A stretch of DNA of 64,000 nucleotides from Desulfobacterales bacterium (GCA_963668645.2 CAXXWC010000001.1:1-64000); one strand, 5' to 3'. Shown: positions 30,189-40,400, counted from the first letter of the stretch. A program made the numbers and translations. The notes: generated by a model from the sequence alone, not told the origin.

Positions 30189-31131
30189 TTTCCGTATAAG
30201 CTGCAAAATCGGGAATCTCCTGTTTGAAATAGGCCCGCATCTTGCGGATGATATTTTTTTCCAGCTGCCGGACACGCTCGCGGGAAATGCCGTAGCGGTC
30301 CCCGATCTCCTGCAAGGTGGCCGGACTGTCGGAAAAGATGCGCAGATCGAAAATCTCCATTTCCCGCGAAGTCATCGATTCGCGAAAAGCGGCGATCTTG
30401 TTGTGCAGCATCGACTCCATCTGCTTGTCGGCCACCGCGTCTTCCACCGAAATGCTGTCGGTGCTGACGAACTCAATCCGCTCGGTGTCCGAGTCATCCT
30501 TGAGCGGCGCGTCGAGGGACACGTCCCAGCCGTCCAGGCGCTGGTCCATGTCGACGATTTCCCGCTCGGACACCCCCAGCCGCTGACTGAGCAGTTTCGG
30601 CTTGGGATCGAATCCCTGTTCGATGAGCCTCTGTTTCTCCTTTTTGAGCTTGAAAAAAAGCTTGCGCTGTCCCTGGGTGGTGCCGATCTTGACCAGGCGC
30701 CAGTTGTCCATGATGAACTTGAGGATATAGGCCTTGATCCAAAACGAGGCGTAGTATGAAAACTTGACGTTCTTGTGAGGGTCGAATTTCTTGACCGCCT
30801 GCATCAAGCCGATGTTGCCTTCCTGAATCAAATCGAGCAGATTCTGCATCCAGACGCGTTGGAACTCCAGCGCGATCTTGACCACCAGGCGCAGATTGGC
30901 CGTAACCAGCACCATGGCCGCATCGGGGTCGTTGTCGTCGCGCACCCGCCGGCCCAGATCCTGCTCCTCTTCGCGCGTCAAGAGACGGTAGCGGCTGATC
31001 TCGGCCAGATACCGCTGCAGCGGATCGTACTTGACCAGGGCTTTGGCCGCCTCATCGGCATCGACCTGGTCTTCGGGTCCGGCCTCGAAATCCTTTTCAA
31101 AATCTTCTTTGCGTTCGTTGTCGTCCATCAT
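30172..31131 (-). CDS. rpoH: RNA polymerase sigma-32 family factor
   Basis: DLIQEGNIGLM, RpoH box QRKLFFKLK, ISRERVRQLE. Confidence 0.9.
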   Translation of the reverse strand: MMDDNERKEDFEKDFEAGPEDQVDADEAAKALVKYDPLQRYLAEISRYRLLTREEEQDLGRRVRDDNDPDAAMVLVTANLRLVVKIALEFQRVWMQNLLDLIQEGNIGLMQAVKKFDPHKNVKFSYYASFWIKAYILKFIMDNWRLVKIGTTQGQRKLFFKLKKEKQRLIEQGFDPKPKLLSQRLGVSEREIVDMDQRLDGWDVSLDAPLKDDSDTERIEFVSTDSISVEDAVADKQMESMLHNKIAAFRESMTSREMEIFDLRIFSDSPATLQEIGDRYGISRERVRQLEKNIIRKMRAYFKQEIPDFAAYTENDRGD

Positions 31132-31293
31132 CTCTCAGATCAACGCCTTTTGGCGTTAGGCTTTTTTTAGGAGAATTGGCATTCACGCCGCCACCGGGCC
31201 GGCAACCCGGGGTTTCTGGCTGCCGGTCCGCTTCGATCGCCTCTTGCACTCGATCGTGGGCTTATGCTAACCATTGTTTCCCGCCGGTCGTAC

Positions 31294-31370
<77 letters not shown>

Positions 31371-31427
31371 CCCCTTCTTCGACACGCCGACCGCAATCGA
31401 AAATAGATATCACACTCGCCGTATTTT

Positions 31428-33602
31428 TCAATCCATCGGCGCAACCCGCGCCACAAAGTCTCCGATGACCCGGTAGACCCTCTCGGCCCCCGGCCCGAGC
31501 AAAATCCCGTGACGCTGGAATTGGAAGACGAAAAATTCTCTGTTGTCGGTGGCGATGCGGTTGAAAAGCCGCCAGGATCCCTTGTAGTCGACCACCGGAT
31601 CGCCCAAAGATTGGACCACAAAGGCGGGAATATCGATCGCGGCCAGCCGATCTTCCAGATCGTCCATCAACCGCGTCAGTTCGTGCACCCCGCTGATGGG
31701 GTTGCGGTGGTAGTTAATATGCGGATTTTCCGGCTTGTTTTCAACGAATGCCTTCTTGGCCGCGCCGAGGCCGACCCGGTCGGCCAGCTTGTTCCACAGA
31801 TCCACGGCCGGCACCAGGCGGGTGGCGAAATCCTGGAGCGAAAAAGGCGGGCAGACGGCGAAAACCCCGGCCAGCGGGACCCCCCGGCTGGCCAGATCCA
31901 ACGCCAGCCCCGCCCCGGTGGAAAAACCGCCCGCCACCACCTGGCGGCATGAGTTGGCCAGCAGTGCATAGCCCTCGTCCACCGACGCGACCCAGTCTGC
32001 GTATCGCTGCTGCGCAAGGTCTTCCGGAGCGGTGCCGTGCCCCTTGAGACGCGGCGCGTAGACCCAGTAACCCCGCGATGCCAGGGCGTCGACCAGGCCG
32101 GCTACTTCCATCGGGGCGGCCATGTACCCGTGAAGCACCAGCACCCCCACCATGCGCCGCGGGCCGCGACTCAGCAGGGGGCACCCGACCCCCTCGGCGC
32201 TGCGATCGGCGATATGGGCGAAACGCTGCCAGTCTTTCAAGTAGCCGATCCGTCCGTCCCGCTCCAGAAGGCGTCCGGTTTCAAAACGCAGGCGCGCGCG
32301 GGTCATGCGGGCGATGTGGCCCAAATCGGCTATCAATTCTTCCAACGGCTCGATCTCGTTGAAAATCACAGCTACCGGTGCATCGACGCGGACCCGATGA
32401 AACGGCGGCTGGCCGTTTTTCTGGGCCGTTTTGATCAGCAGGCCGTCCTCCCCGCGGCGCACCACCCCGCTGGCCTCGGCGATCTCGATGAAATCGGCTC
32501 CTTTCCCGAACCGGTCGTCGGTCATCAGGTGGGCCTGATTTTCCGTCAAGCTGGGGTGGCGGTGGATGCCCATCTTCTCGAAGTCCAGGGCGGTGGCCAG
32601 AAAGACCCGGCGCCGCAGTTCTTCGAGACCGACGGCGCCCTCCGGGTGCAGCCCGAGGATGGCGGCGAACAGATGGTCGTGGTTGACCGTGGTCATCCGG
32701 TAGATGGCGGCCATGTAGCGGTGCATGATCCTGTGGGCCGTTTTGGCCAGCATGGGCCGCGACGCGATGGGTTCGTCGAAATCGATGGGCCGCCGGGCCG
32801 TGATATCGGCTTTCACTATCCGGCTCTTGAGGTAGATCGCCGGGTCGATCGGCTGGCCGAAGCGGATGTCCATATCCACCCCGGAAAGGAGCATCGTGCC
32901 CTCGGTCATGATCTCCTCGACGAGCCGCTCGGAGATGTCGTCGACCAGGAGCCGGGCCAGCTGGCTGAGCGCATTTTCACGCGCCCGCATCGGGTAGTAG
33001 GTCACGTTGACCGGAACGATCCGGGTTGCTGTGGACGACACCGCCGCGGGTGACGCCAATTGATAAAGATCGGCCAGGCGCCGGGCTTCCCCGGGCATGG
33101 TGCACGCCATCATCTTGATGCGCTGGCGGTAGAATTCGGTTCGCAAGGCCAGGGTGGCCGCACCGGTGTGCGGCCGCTGGCGTCCGTTTTCATCCACCAG
33201 TTCGAAGCGTCCCCGGGGCTGGTCCGGAGTGAAGATCTTCTTGTTCTTGACCATGTGCCCTTCGGGAAAGACGATCCATGAAGCCTCGCCGGCGAGCAGG
33301 GAACGGACGATGAGCCGGTCCCGATCCGGACGTTCGGTGGACACGGCCCCGTTGGCTTCCAGGAAGGTGGCCAGGGCTCCCCTGAAAAGTCCGCCATCGG
33401 CCAGGGACCATACCGGTTTTCCGGTCAACTGGAAGATGTGGTAGGGCAGCAGCAGGGTCTCGATGCGGGTGAAATGATTGACGACAAAGATGATCCCGCC
33501 CTCCGGGAGGCCATCCGCGTCGTGGAGGCGTACCCGGGCCCGGGAAAGGCCGGCAATCGCCTTGATGGCCAGGCCTGTGGTCAGATAGGCGGATCGGTTC
33601 AT
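31428..33602 (-). CDS. Fusion of PlsC-like acyltransferase and alpha/beta hydrolase
   Basis: NHFTRIE and VFPEG in the N-part; LHGY, GHGT, GFSTG in the C-part. Confidence 0.85.
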   Translation of the reverse strand: MNRSAYLTTGLAIKAIAGLSRARVRLHDADGLPEGGIIFVVNHFTRIETLLLPYHIFQLTGKPVWSLADGGLFRGALATFLEANGAVSTERPDRDRLIVRSLLAGEASWIVFPEGHMVKNKKIFTPDQPRGRFELVDENGRQRPHTGAATLALRTEFYRQRIKMMACTMPGEARRLADLYQLASPAAVSSTATRIVPVNVTYYPMRARENALSQLARLLVDDISERLVEEIMTEGTMLLSGVDMDIRFGQPIDPAIYLKSRIVKADITARRPIDFDEPIASRPMLAKTAHRIMHRYMAAIYRMTTVNHDHLFAAILGLHPEGAVGLEELRRRVFLATALDFEKMGIHRHPSLTENQAHLMTDDRFGKGADFIEIAEASGVVRRGEDGLLIKTAQKNGQPPFHRVRVDAPVAVIFNEIEPLEELIADLGHIARMTRARLRFETGRLLERDGRIGYLKDWQRFAHIADRSAEGVGCPLLSRGPRRMVGVLVLHGYMAAPMEVAGLVDALASRGYWVYAPRLKGHGTAPEDLAQQRYADWVASVDEGYALLANSCRQVVAGGFSTGAGLALDLASRGVPLAGVFAVCPPFSLQDFATRLVPAVDLWNKLADRVGLGAAKKAFVENKPENPHINYHRNPISGVHELTRLMDDLEDRLAAIDIPAFVVQSLGDPVVDYKGSWRLFNRIATDNREFFVFQFQRHGILLGPGAERVYRVIGDFVARVAPMD

Positions 33603-33691
33603 GTTTTTGCGGCCTGCACGTGTTGGCGTCTTATCGAATCTGAGCTTGAAGGCTGACGACTTAAGACCTACGGTGATCTTCGCAGTAGTGG

Positions 33692-33720
33692 TTGACAGGC
33701 GCCCAGGTTGGGGGTAATTT
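33692..33720 (+). promoter_or_regulatory. Sigma70-like promoter for NIL-ferredoxin/mnmA
   Basis: TTGACA, 17-bp spacer, TAATTT. Confidence 0.65.
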
Positions 33721-33780
33721 ACAATTTTTTTTAAAAAAATAAAGGTTTTTTAAAAAAACTGCCCTGTTGCGGAGGTTGCA

Positions 33781-34206
33781 GTGTACTCCAAAATCCTGAT
33801 TCTGAGATTTTCCGAGACGTCGGCCAAAAAACCGATTGTCTGCTTTTTGGCCCGTGATTACGACCTGACCTTCAATATCCTCAACGCCACGATCCTGCCG
33901 CGCCAGGAGGGCATTCTGGTTCTGGAGCTGAGCGGATCACGCAAGAACTTCAAGGAAGGGGTCCAGTATCTCAAAACCCAGGGCGTGCATGTGCAGTACG
34001 CCAGCCAGGAGATGACCCGCGATACGGCCCGTTGCACCCACTGCGGGGCCTGCACGGCGGTCTGCCCCACCGAAGCCCTGTCCATCAAACGCCCGGAGAT
34101 GAAGGTCCAATTCGACGAAAAACGCTGCAGTGTGTGCGAGCTGTGCATCCCGGCCTGCCCGACCCGGGCCATGGAGACACGGCCGGTACAGCAGAAGTTC
34201 ATCTGA
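33781..34206 (+). CDS. NIL-domain 2[4Fe-4S] ferredoxin
   Basis: FNILNA NIL motif; CTHCGACTAVCP and CSVCELCIPACP. Confidence 0.93.
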   Translation: MYSKILILRFSETSAKKPIVCFLARDYDLTFNILNATILPRQEGILVLELSGSRKNFKEGVQYLKTQGVHVQYASQEMTRDTARCTHCGACTAVCPTEALSIKRPEMKVQFDEKRCSVCELCIPACPTRAMETRPVQQKFI

Positions 34207-34224
34207 GCGGTTCCCGTATCCCCC

Positions 34225-35289
34225 ATGCCTTGCGGCAAAACGCCCCTTACCGCCGTAGCACTCAGCGGCGGCGTCGACTCAACGATGACCGCCATGCGGC
34301 TCCAGGCCGTCGGCACGCACTTGGTGGCGGTCCATTTTCTCACCGGCTATGAATCGGAAAAGGGGCCCGATAGCCCCTTGGTCCGCACGCGCCGGGTTTG
34401 CGCTCGCCTGGGCATCGCACTGGAGGTGATCGACTGCCGTGATGCCTTCCGGCGTGCAGTGGTCGAGCCGTTCGCCGCTGCCTACCGTCGCGGATTGACC
34501 CCCAACCCTTGCGCGCTTTGCAATCCGCTGATCAAGTTCGGCGAAGTGTTGCAGTACTGCCTGGGTCTGGGGGCCGAGCGCCTGGCCACCGGCCATTACG
34601 CCCGCCGCATCCGCGACTGCCAAGGCCGGGTGCACCTGATGCGCGGAATGGACCGGGTCAAGGAGCAGTCCTACTTTTTGGCCCGGCTTACCCCGTACCA
34701 GCTCGAACGGTCCGTATTTCCGCTGGGTGATCTGACCAAGGAGCGGGTGGTCCGGATGGCATTGGAAGCAGGCTTGCAGCCGGGAGTTTCTGAAAGCCAG
34801 GACGTCTGTTTCGTGCGCCAGGAGGGGTATGCCGGCTTTCTGAGCGCAGCCGGGCTGATCGCGCCCAGGCCCGGCCCCATCGTGGATGTGCACGGCCGCC
34901 TTTTGGGCCGGCATGAAGGGCTGCACCGTTTCACCGTGGGCCAGCGCCGCGGCATCAACTGCCCCGGCCCCCAGCCTTATTACGTGGTACGGCTGGAACC
35001 GGATGCCCACCGGCTGGTGGTGGGTTTCAAATCCGATCTTTTTGCCGGCGGCTGCCGCGTAACGGATCTTAGCTGGATTCAACCGCCGGACGCGGACCGG
35101 TTCCCGGTTCAGGTGCGGCTGCGCTACCGCAGCGCGGCCTGCGCGGCCCGCATAAGGGTCGACGATGAGGGGGCCGATATCCTTTTTGAGCAGCCCCAGC
35201 TGGCCGTCACTCCGGGGCAAAGCGCCGTTTTTTACCGTGACGACGAGGTCCTGGGAGCCGGCTGGATCGAGGCGGCACTGCCTGCTTGA
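34225..35289 (+). CDS. mnmA: tRNA 2-thiouridine(34) synthase
   Basis: SGGVDS, TPNPCALCN, ATGHYAR, QSYFL, ESQDVCF, FTVGQRRG, VTPGQSAVFY. Confidence 0.95.
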   Translation: MPCGKTPLTAVALSGGVDSTMTAMRLQAVGTHLVAVHFLTGYESEKGPDSPLVRTRRVCARLGIALEVIDCRDAFRRAVVEPFAAAYRRGLTPNPCALCNPLIKFGEVLQYCLGLGAERLATGHYARRIRDCQGRVHLMRGMDRVKEQSYFLARLTPYQLERSVFPLGDLTKERVVRMALEAGLQPGVSESQDVCFVRQEGYAGFLSAAGLIAPRPGPIVDVHGRLLGRHEGLHRFTVGQRRGINCPGPQPYYVVRLEPDAHRLVVGFKSDLFAGGCRVTDLSWIQPPDADRFPVQVRLRYRSAACAARIRVDDEGADILFEQPQLAVTPGQSAVFYRDDEVLGAGWIEAALPA

Positions 35290-35381
35290 GGCGTCAAGCC
35301 TGGCCGGATAAATCGATATTACGGTTTCAATAGTTTTTATTTTCTTTTTGATTATATATAGATAAAGATCAGACTAACTCC

Positions 35382-36698
35382 ATGCCAACTTTTGCCATCA
35401 TCACCCTGGGCTGCAAGGTCAACCAATACGAATCCGAATCTTTGGCCTGCGCCCTGAAAGAAGCCGGCTGGACCGCGGCGGTCGATTCCCCTGCCGATCT
35501 GGTGATCGTCAACACCTGCACCGTAACGGCCAGCGCCGGACGCCAAAGCCTTCAAGCGGTACGCCAAGCCGTGCGCCGCCACCCCGGGGCCAGGGTGGTG
35601 GCCACCGGCTGCGACGCCCAGATCGAACCCGAGCGCCTGGCGGCCGTCGACGGCATCTCGCTGGTGGTGGGCCAGGCCGACAAGGCGCGCATCCCGGAGC
35701 TGGTTTCGGCAATGGACCGCAAAGACAGCCTGTCGCCGGTTACCCTCGTTTCGGCCCTGGATTGCAAAGGCACTCATTTACCCCCCCCGGGACATATGGT
35801 TGCCGGGAGCCGTACCCGCCCGTCTTTGAAAATCCAGGACGGTTGCGATGCCTTTTGCACCTATTGCATCGTTCCTTATACCCGCGGGCCGTGCCGCAGT
35901 CTTCCCGCCGATCAGGTGCTGGCGCAGATTGGCGAACTGCACCGGGCCGGCTATCACGAGGTGGTGCTGACCGGGATTCACCTGGGCCGCTACGGTCGCG
36001 ATCTTGCCCTGCGCCGATCCCTTTCCGGCCTGCTTGCCGCCATCGAAGAAACCAGGGCCATCTCCCGGGTGCGCCTGAGCAGCATCGAGCCGCTGGAATT
36101 CGATCCGGCCCTGATCGGCGTTCTGACCGCATCAGAGCGGGTCTGCCACCATTTTCACATCCCCTTGCAAAGCGGCGACGACCGGATTTTGAAACGCATG
36201 GCCAGGCCGTACAACAGCGCCCGGGTGCGCCAATTGGTCTCCGAGTTGACCCGGGCCATGCCCCGGGCCGCCATCGGCATGGATGTTCTGGTGGGCTTTC
36301 CCGGTGAATCCCAGGCCGCCTTCGAAAACACCTATCGCCTGGTGGCCGGCCTTCCTTTGGCCTACCTGCACGTCTTTCCCTTTTCGCCCCGCAGCGGGAC
36401 CCCTGCGGCGACTATGCCCGATCAGGTCCCCGCAGCGGTGGTCAAACAGCGCTGTGCCGCGCTGCGCCGCCTGGGCCGGGAAAAAAGGCAGGCCTTTTAC
36501 CGGCGCTTTGTCGGCCAGTGTTTCACCGCTCCGGTGGAAGGCCGCCGCGATCCGCCCAGCGGGCAGCTCAAGGCCGTCACCGACAACTACCTGCCGGTGC
36601 TCTTTTCAGGCCCGGACCGGCTGATGAACTCGGTGGTGCGCCTGCAGATTGAACGGCTGACCAGCGACGGGCGGATCGAAGGGCGCTGCATCGATTGA
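35382..36698 (+). CDS. mtaB: tRNA t6A37 methylthiotransferase (radical SAM)
   Basis: LGCKVNQYES, NTCTVT, KIQDGCDAFCTYC, LSSIEP, HVFPFSPRSGT. Confidence 0.93.
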   Translation: MPTFAIITLGCKVNQYESESLACALKEAGWTAAVDSPADLVIVNTCTVTASAGRQSLQAVRQAVRRHPGARVVATGCDAQIEPERLAAVDGISLVVGQADKARIPELVSAMDRKDSLSPVTLVSALDCKGTHLPPPGHMVAGSRTRPSLKIQDGCDAFCTYCIVPYTRGPCRSLPADQVLAQIGELHRAGYHEVVLTGIHLGRYGRDLALRRSLSGLLAAIEETRAISRVRLSSIEPLEFDPALIGVLTASERVCHHFHIPLQSGDDRILKRMARPYNSARVRQLVSELTRAMPRAAIGMDVLVGFPGESQAAFENTYRLVAGLPLAYLHVFPFSPRSGTPAATMPDQVPAAVVKQRCAALRRLGREKRQAFYRRFVGQCFTAPVEGRRDPPSGQLKAVTDNYLPVLFSGPDRLMNSVVRLQIERLTSDGRIEGRCID

Positions 36699-36723
36699 CA
36701 CCGCCCGGGCGGCGCCCTATAGT
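36695..36723 (+). promoter_or_regulatory. Near-consensus sigma70 promoter overlapping the mtaB stop codon
   Basis: TTGACA, 17-bp spacer, TATAGT. Confidence 0.75.
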
Positions 36724-36830
36724 AATTAATTCGATCCGGTGATGTAAGCTGCTGGAAACGCTGGCTGAATTTATCGATCAGGCCCTCTGCCGAAAATAAT
36801 CATGCACTCAAAGAAACGGGTAAAGGATTC

Positions 36831-37643
36831 ATGGCCGACCGATCCCATTTCCTGATCCGCCGGGCCCCCCAGGACGGCGCCGCCTGGTTCGATATCGGGA
36901 TCTATCTGGTGTTGATGGCCTGCCTGGCCTGGCTCCTGGTTCGCGGCAGCCAGAACCTGGGCTACCATTGGCACTGGTACCGGGTTCCGGCCTATTTGGT
37001 GGAGACTGAAGGCTCCGGACTGCATCTTGGCCCCTTGCTCAAAGGCTTGATCGTGACCTTGAAGATTTCGGCCCTGAGCCTGGTACTGGCCTTTGCCCTG
37101 GGTTTGATCACCGCCCTTTTGCGCCTTTCATCTTCGTTTCTCGGCCAACTGCTCTCCCGCGCCTATCTCGAGACGGTACGCAACACCCCGCTTCTGGTGC
37201 AGCTTTTTTTCATCTACTTCGTGGCCGCCCCGATCCTGGGAATCGAAGCCTTTACTTCGGCCGTACTCGCCTTGAGCCTCTTCGAGGGGGCCTATGCATC
37301 GGAAATCTTCCGCTCGGGCATCGTTTCCATTTCCGGCGGCCAGTGGGATGCGGCGCGCAGCCTCGGGCTTTCTACCTGGCATATCTACCGCCACGTGATC
37401 CTGCCCCAGGCCCTGCGCCGCATCCTGCCGCCGCTCACCGGTCAGGGGATTTCCCTGATCAAGGACTCGGCCCTGGTGAGCACCATCGCCATCTACGACC
37501 TGACCATGCAAGGCCGCGCCATCATCAGCGAGACCTACCTGGTCTTTGAGATCTGGTTCACGGTGGCCGCCATTTATCTGGCCTTGACCTTCAGCCTCTC
37601 GCTGGTGGTGCGGCGGTTGGAAACCCGGATACGCATCGGCTGA
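36831..37643 (+). CDS. Polar amino-acid ABC permease
   Basis: RNTPLLVQLF, AYASEIFRSG, GQWDAARSLG, LIKDSAL. Confidence 0.93.
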   Translation: MADRSHFLIRRAPQDGAAWFDIGIYLVLMACLAWLLVRGSQNLGYHWHWYRVPAYLVETEGSGLHLGPLLKGLIVTLKISALSLVLAFALGLITALLRLSSSFLGQLLSRAYLETVRNTPLLVQLFFIYFVAAPILGIEAFTSAVLALSLFEGAYASEIFRSGIVSISGGQWDAARSLGLSTWHIYRHVILPQALRRILPPLTGQGISLIKDSALVSTIAIYDLTMQGRAIISETYLVFEIWFTVAAIYLALTFSLSLVVRRLETRIRIG

Positions 37644-37719
37644 AGACCGCCATTGACCGGCCCCAGGATGCCGCAAGATGTTTAATAACGCTAATCATCA
37701 TGAACCCAAGGAGGTGGAC

Positions 37720-38550
37720 ATGAGTATGAAACGCAGGTCGATCGTTGTGATGGGATTAGTCCTGGCCCTTTGCATGGCCGCCGGTGCAAGCGCCGGCCAA
37801 TTGCAGCAAAAACTGACCGACGAAAGCACCCTGGAAGCCATCATGGCCCGAGGCACCCTCAAAGTCGGCATGGACACCTTCGTTCCCTGGGCCATGAAGG
37901 ACAAAAACGGACGTCTGATCGGCTTTGAGATCGATGTGGCCACCCGCCTGGCCGAGGACATGGGCGTCAAGGTCCAGTTCGTGCCGACCCAGTGGGACGG
38001 CATCGTCTCGGCTCTGCAGACCGGCAAATTCGACGTGATCATCGGCGGCATGGGGATCGTGCCCAAGCGCAACCTCAAGGTGAATTTCACCGAACCTTAC
38101 GACTACACCGGCATGAGCCTGGTGGCCCACCGGGAATTGGCCAAAGGATTCACCTCCCTGGACGATTTCAACCGCCCGGAAGTGACCCTGGCGGTCAAGA
38201 TCGGCGCCACCCCGGTCATGGCGGCTCAAAAATACATGCCCAAAGCCCGGCTCAAGCAGTTCAACTCAGAGGCCCAGGTCTATCAGGAGCTGCTCAACGG
38301 CCGGGTCCACGCCGTGGTGGCGTCGTCACCCACCCCGGCCTTTTACGCCCTGCGCTACCCGGACAAGCTCTTTTTGCCGCTTGAGGGCACCTTCACCCGC
38401 GAGCCGATCGGTTTCGCCCTGCGCAAGGGGGATGTGGATACGCTGAACTTTTTCAACAACTGGATCCGCGTGGTGGCGGCCGAGGGCTGGCTCCAGGAGC
38501 GCAAGCACTACTGGTTCGAGACCCAGGAATGGGCGGGCCTGGTCAAGTAA
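37720..38550 (+). CDS. Polar amino-acid ABC substrate-binding protein (family 3)
   Basis: Signal peptide, GFEIDVA, WDGIVSALQTGKFD; RBS AAGGAGG. Confidence 0.93.
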   Translation: MSMKRRSIVVMGLVLALCMAAGASAGQLQQKLTDESTLEAIMARGTLKVGMDTFVPWAMKDKNGRLIGFEIDVATRLAEDMGVKVQFVPTQWDGIVSALQTGKFDVIIGGMGIVPKRNLKVNFTEPYDYTGMSLVAHRELAKGFTSLDDFNRPEVTLAVKIGATPVMAAQKYMPKARLKQFNSEAQVYQELLNGRVHAVVASSPTPAFYALRYPDKLFLPLEGTFTREPIGFALRKGDVDTLNFFNNWIRVVAAEGWLQERKHYWFETQEWAGLVK

Positions 38551-38654
38551 GGAGGGCGGATGCCGTGGCCCGATCCGGCCGCCGGCCGCAATAAACGTAC
38601 CCAGGCGCAAGCCGCCAGCCGCAACGGCTTGCGCCTTTCGACAGCGAGTTATCC

Positions 38655-39533
38655 TTGACGTTTTCCAGATCCCGCATCACCGTCCTGGACCTGATCATCG
38701 GCGCAGCGCTGCTCCTTGCCGCCGGGTATGTGGGGTACCGGGTGCGGATCCAGCTCAACTACCACTGGGAATGGTCCGCCTTGCCCCAGTTCATCGTGCG
38801 CTTTGACGAGGTCACGGGCCGATGGGTGCCCAACTACCTGCTCAAGGGGCTTTTGACCACCATCCGGCTCAGCCTCTGGGCCACGATTCTGGCGCTGATC
38901 GTGGGCACCCTGGCCGGCCTGGCCCAGGTGAGCCGGAAGCTGCTCTACCGCCTCTTGGGGCGTACCTACGTCGAACTGGTGCGCAATTTGCCGCCCCTGG
39001 TGCTGATCTTCATCTTCTATTTCTTTCTCAGCGACCAGATCATGCCCCACCTGGGCATGGACCGGCTGGCGGACTGCTGTCCGGCGGCGGCCCGGGGGCT
39101 GATCGCCATGCTGCTGGCGCCGCCCGAACAGTTGGCCAATTTCGCTTCAGCCCTGGTCACCCTGGCCCTTTTCGAGGGGGCTTACATCGCCGAAATCGTG
39201 CGCGGCGGGATCGAATCCATCGAAAAAGGCCAGTGGGAAGCCTCTGCCGCCCTGGGCTTTTCCCGGGGCCAACGCATGCGCCATGTGCTGCTGCCCCAGG
39301 CGGTACGCCGCATCCTGCCACCTCTGGCCGGCCAGTTCATTTCGACGATCAAGGATTCGGCCATCGTCTCGGTGATTTCGATCCAGGAGCTGACCTTCCA
39401 GGGCATGGACCTGATGGCCTCGACCTATCTGAATTTCGAGATCTGGATCACCGTGGCCATCTTTTACCTCTGCCTCACCCTGCCCTGCTCGCTGGGCGTG
39501 GCGCGCCTGGAGCGCGCGTTGACCCGGCACTGA
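38655..39533 (+). CDS. Polar amino-acid ABC permease
   Basis: RNLPPLV, AYIAEIVRGG, GQWEASAALG, IKDSAI. Confidence 0.92.
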   Translation: MTFSRSRITVLDLIIGAALLLAAGYVGYRVRIQLNYHWEWSALPQFIVRFDEVTGRWVPNYLLKGLLTTIRLSLWATILALIVGTLAGLAQVSRKLLYRLLGRTYVELVRNLPPLVLIFIFYFFLSDQIMPHLGMDRLADCCPAAARGLIAMLLAPPEQLANFASALVTLALFEGAYIAEIVRGGIESIEKGQWEASAALGFSRGQRMRHVLLPQAVRRILPPLAGQFISTIKDSAIVSVISIQELTFQGMDLMASTYLNFEIWITVAIFYLCLTLPCSLGVARLERALTRH

Positions 39534-39576
39534 GAAGCGCCGAGCAGTTTTTTACGCACGGCACGCGGCCCGCGGT

Positions 39577-40377
39577 TTATACGCTAAAAAGGTCCATCCG
39601 GCGGTGCTGCAGGGCGGGCAGCTTGCAGCGCACGGCTTCCAGGCGTTCGAGGCCCACCTCGGCCTCCACCAGGGCTTCGGCTTCGCCCGCACCCCCCAGA
39701 AAGACCCCGAAAGGGTCGAACACCGCGCTTCGCCCGCAAAACAGCGATCCGACCAAATTGCACCCGGCCACGTAGAAGGTGTTTTCGATAGCCCTGGCCC
39801 GCAGCAGGGTCAGCCAGTGGGTTTCCTTCATCGGCCCGTGGTACCATGCCGAGGGCACCACAACGAGCTGGGCCCGCCGTTGGGCCAGGTAACGGAAAAT
39901 TTCAGGAAAGCGAAGGTCGTAGCAGATGGCCAGCCCTACGCGGATCCCGGCGATCTCCACCACCGGAGGTGGTTCGTCTCCGGGGGACATGATATCGGAC
40001 TCGCACACATTCAGCGCGTCGCAAAGATGCAGCTTGCGGTAAGCGGCCACCATGTGACCCGAAGGCGCCATGAGGCAGGCCGTGTTGTACGGTCGTTTTT
40101 CATCCGGTCCCGGGGTCCAGCAGCCGCACAGCACGAAAAGTCCGGTATCGGCGGCCAGCGCAGCCAGTGCGCTGGCAAAGCTTCCCTTGTCCTGCGCCAC
40201 AATGGCCGCCGGAGGCCGGTCTCTTTTGGGCAGGCCCATGTACATTTCCGGAAAAACGAGAAGGTTTACGCCCCGGCCGGCGGCCTGGCGGGCAACTTCC
40301 CGTGCTTTTTCCAGATTGGCACTGGTGTCGGGAGTGGTTTCGAGCTGGGCCAATGCGATCTTGAGCACCGCGGTCAT
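39577..40377 (-). CDS. Carbon-nitrogen hydrolase (Nit/YbeM-like amidase)
   Basis: Catalytic triad motifs FPE, YRKLHL, ICYDLRFPE. Confidence 0.92.
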   Translation of the reverse strand: MTAVLKIALAQLETTPDTSANLEKAREVARQAAGRGVNLLVFPEMYMGLPKRDRPPAAIVAQDKGSFASALAALAADTGLFVLCGCWTPGPDEKRPYNTACLMAPSGHMVAAYRKLHLCDALNVCESDIMSPGDEPPPVVEIAGIRVGLAICYDLRFPEIFRYLAQRRAQLVVVPSAWYHGPMKETHWLTLLRARAIENTFYVAGCNLVGSLFCGRSAVFDPFGVFLGGAGEAEALVEAEVGLERLEAVRCKLPALQHRRMDLFSV

Positions 40378-40400
40378 ACGGGATCTCCTCTTTGACGAGA

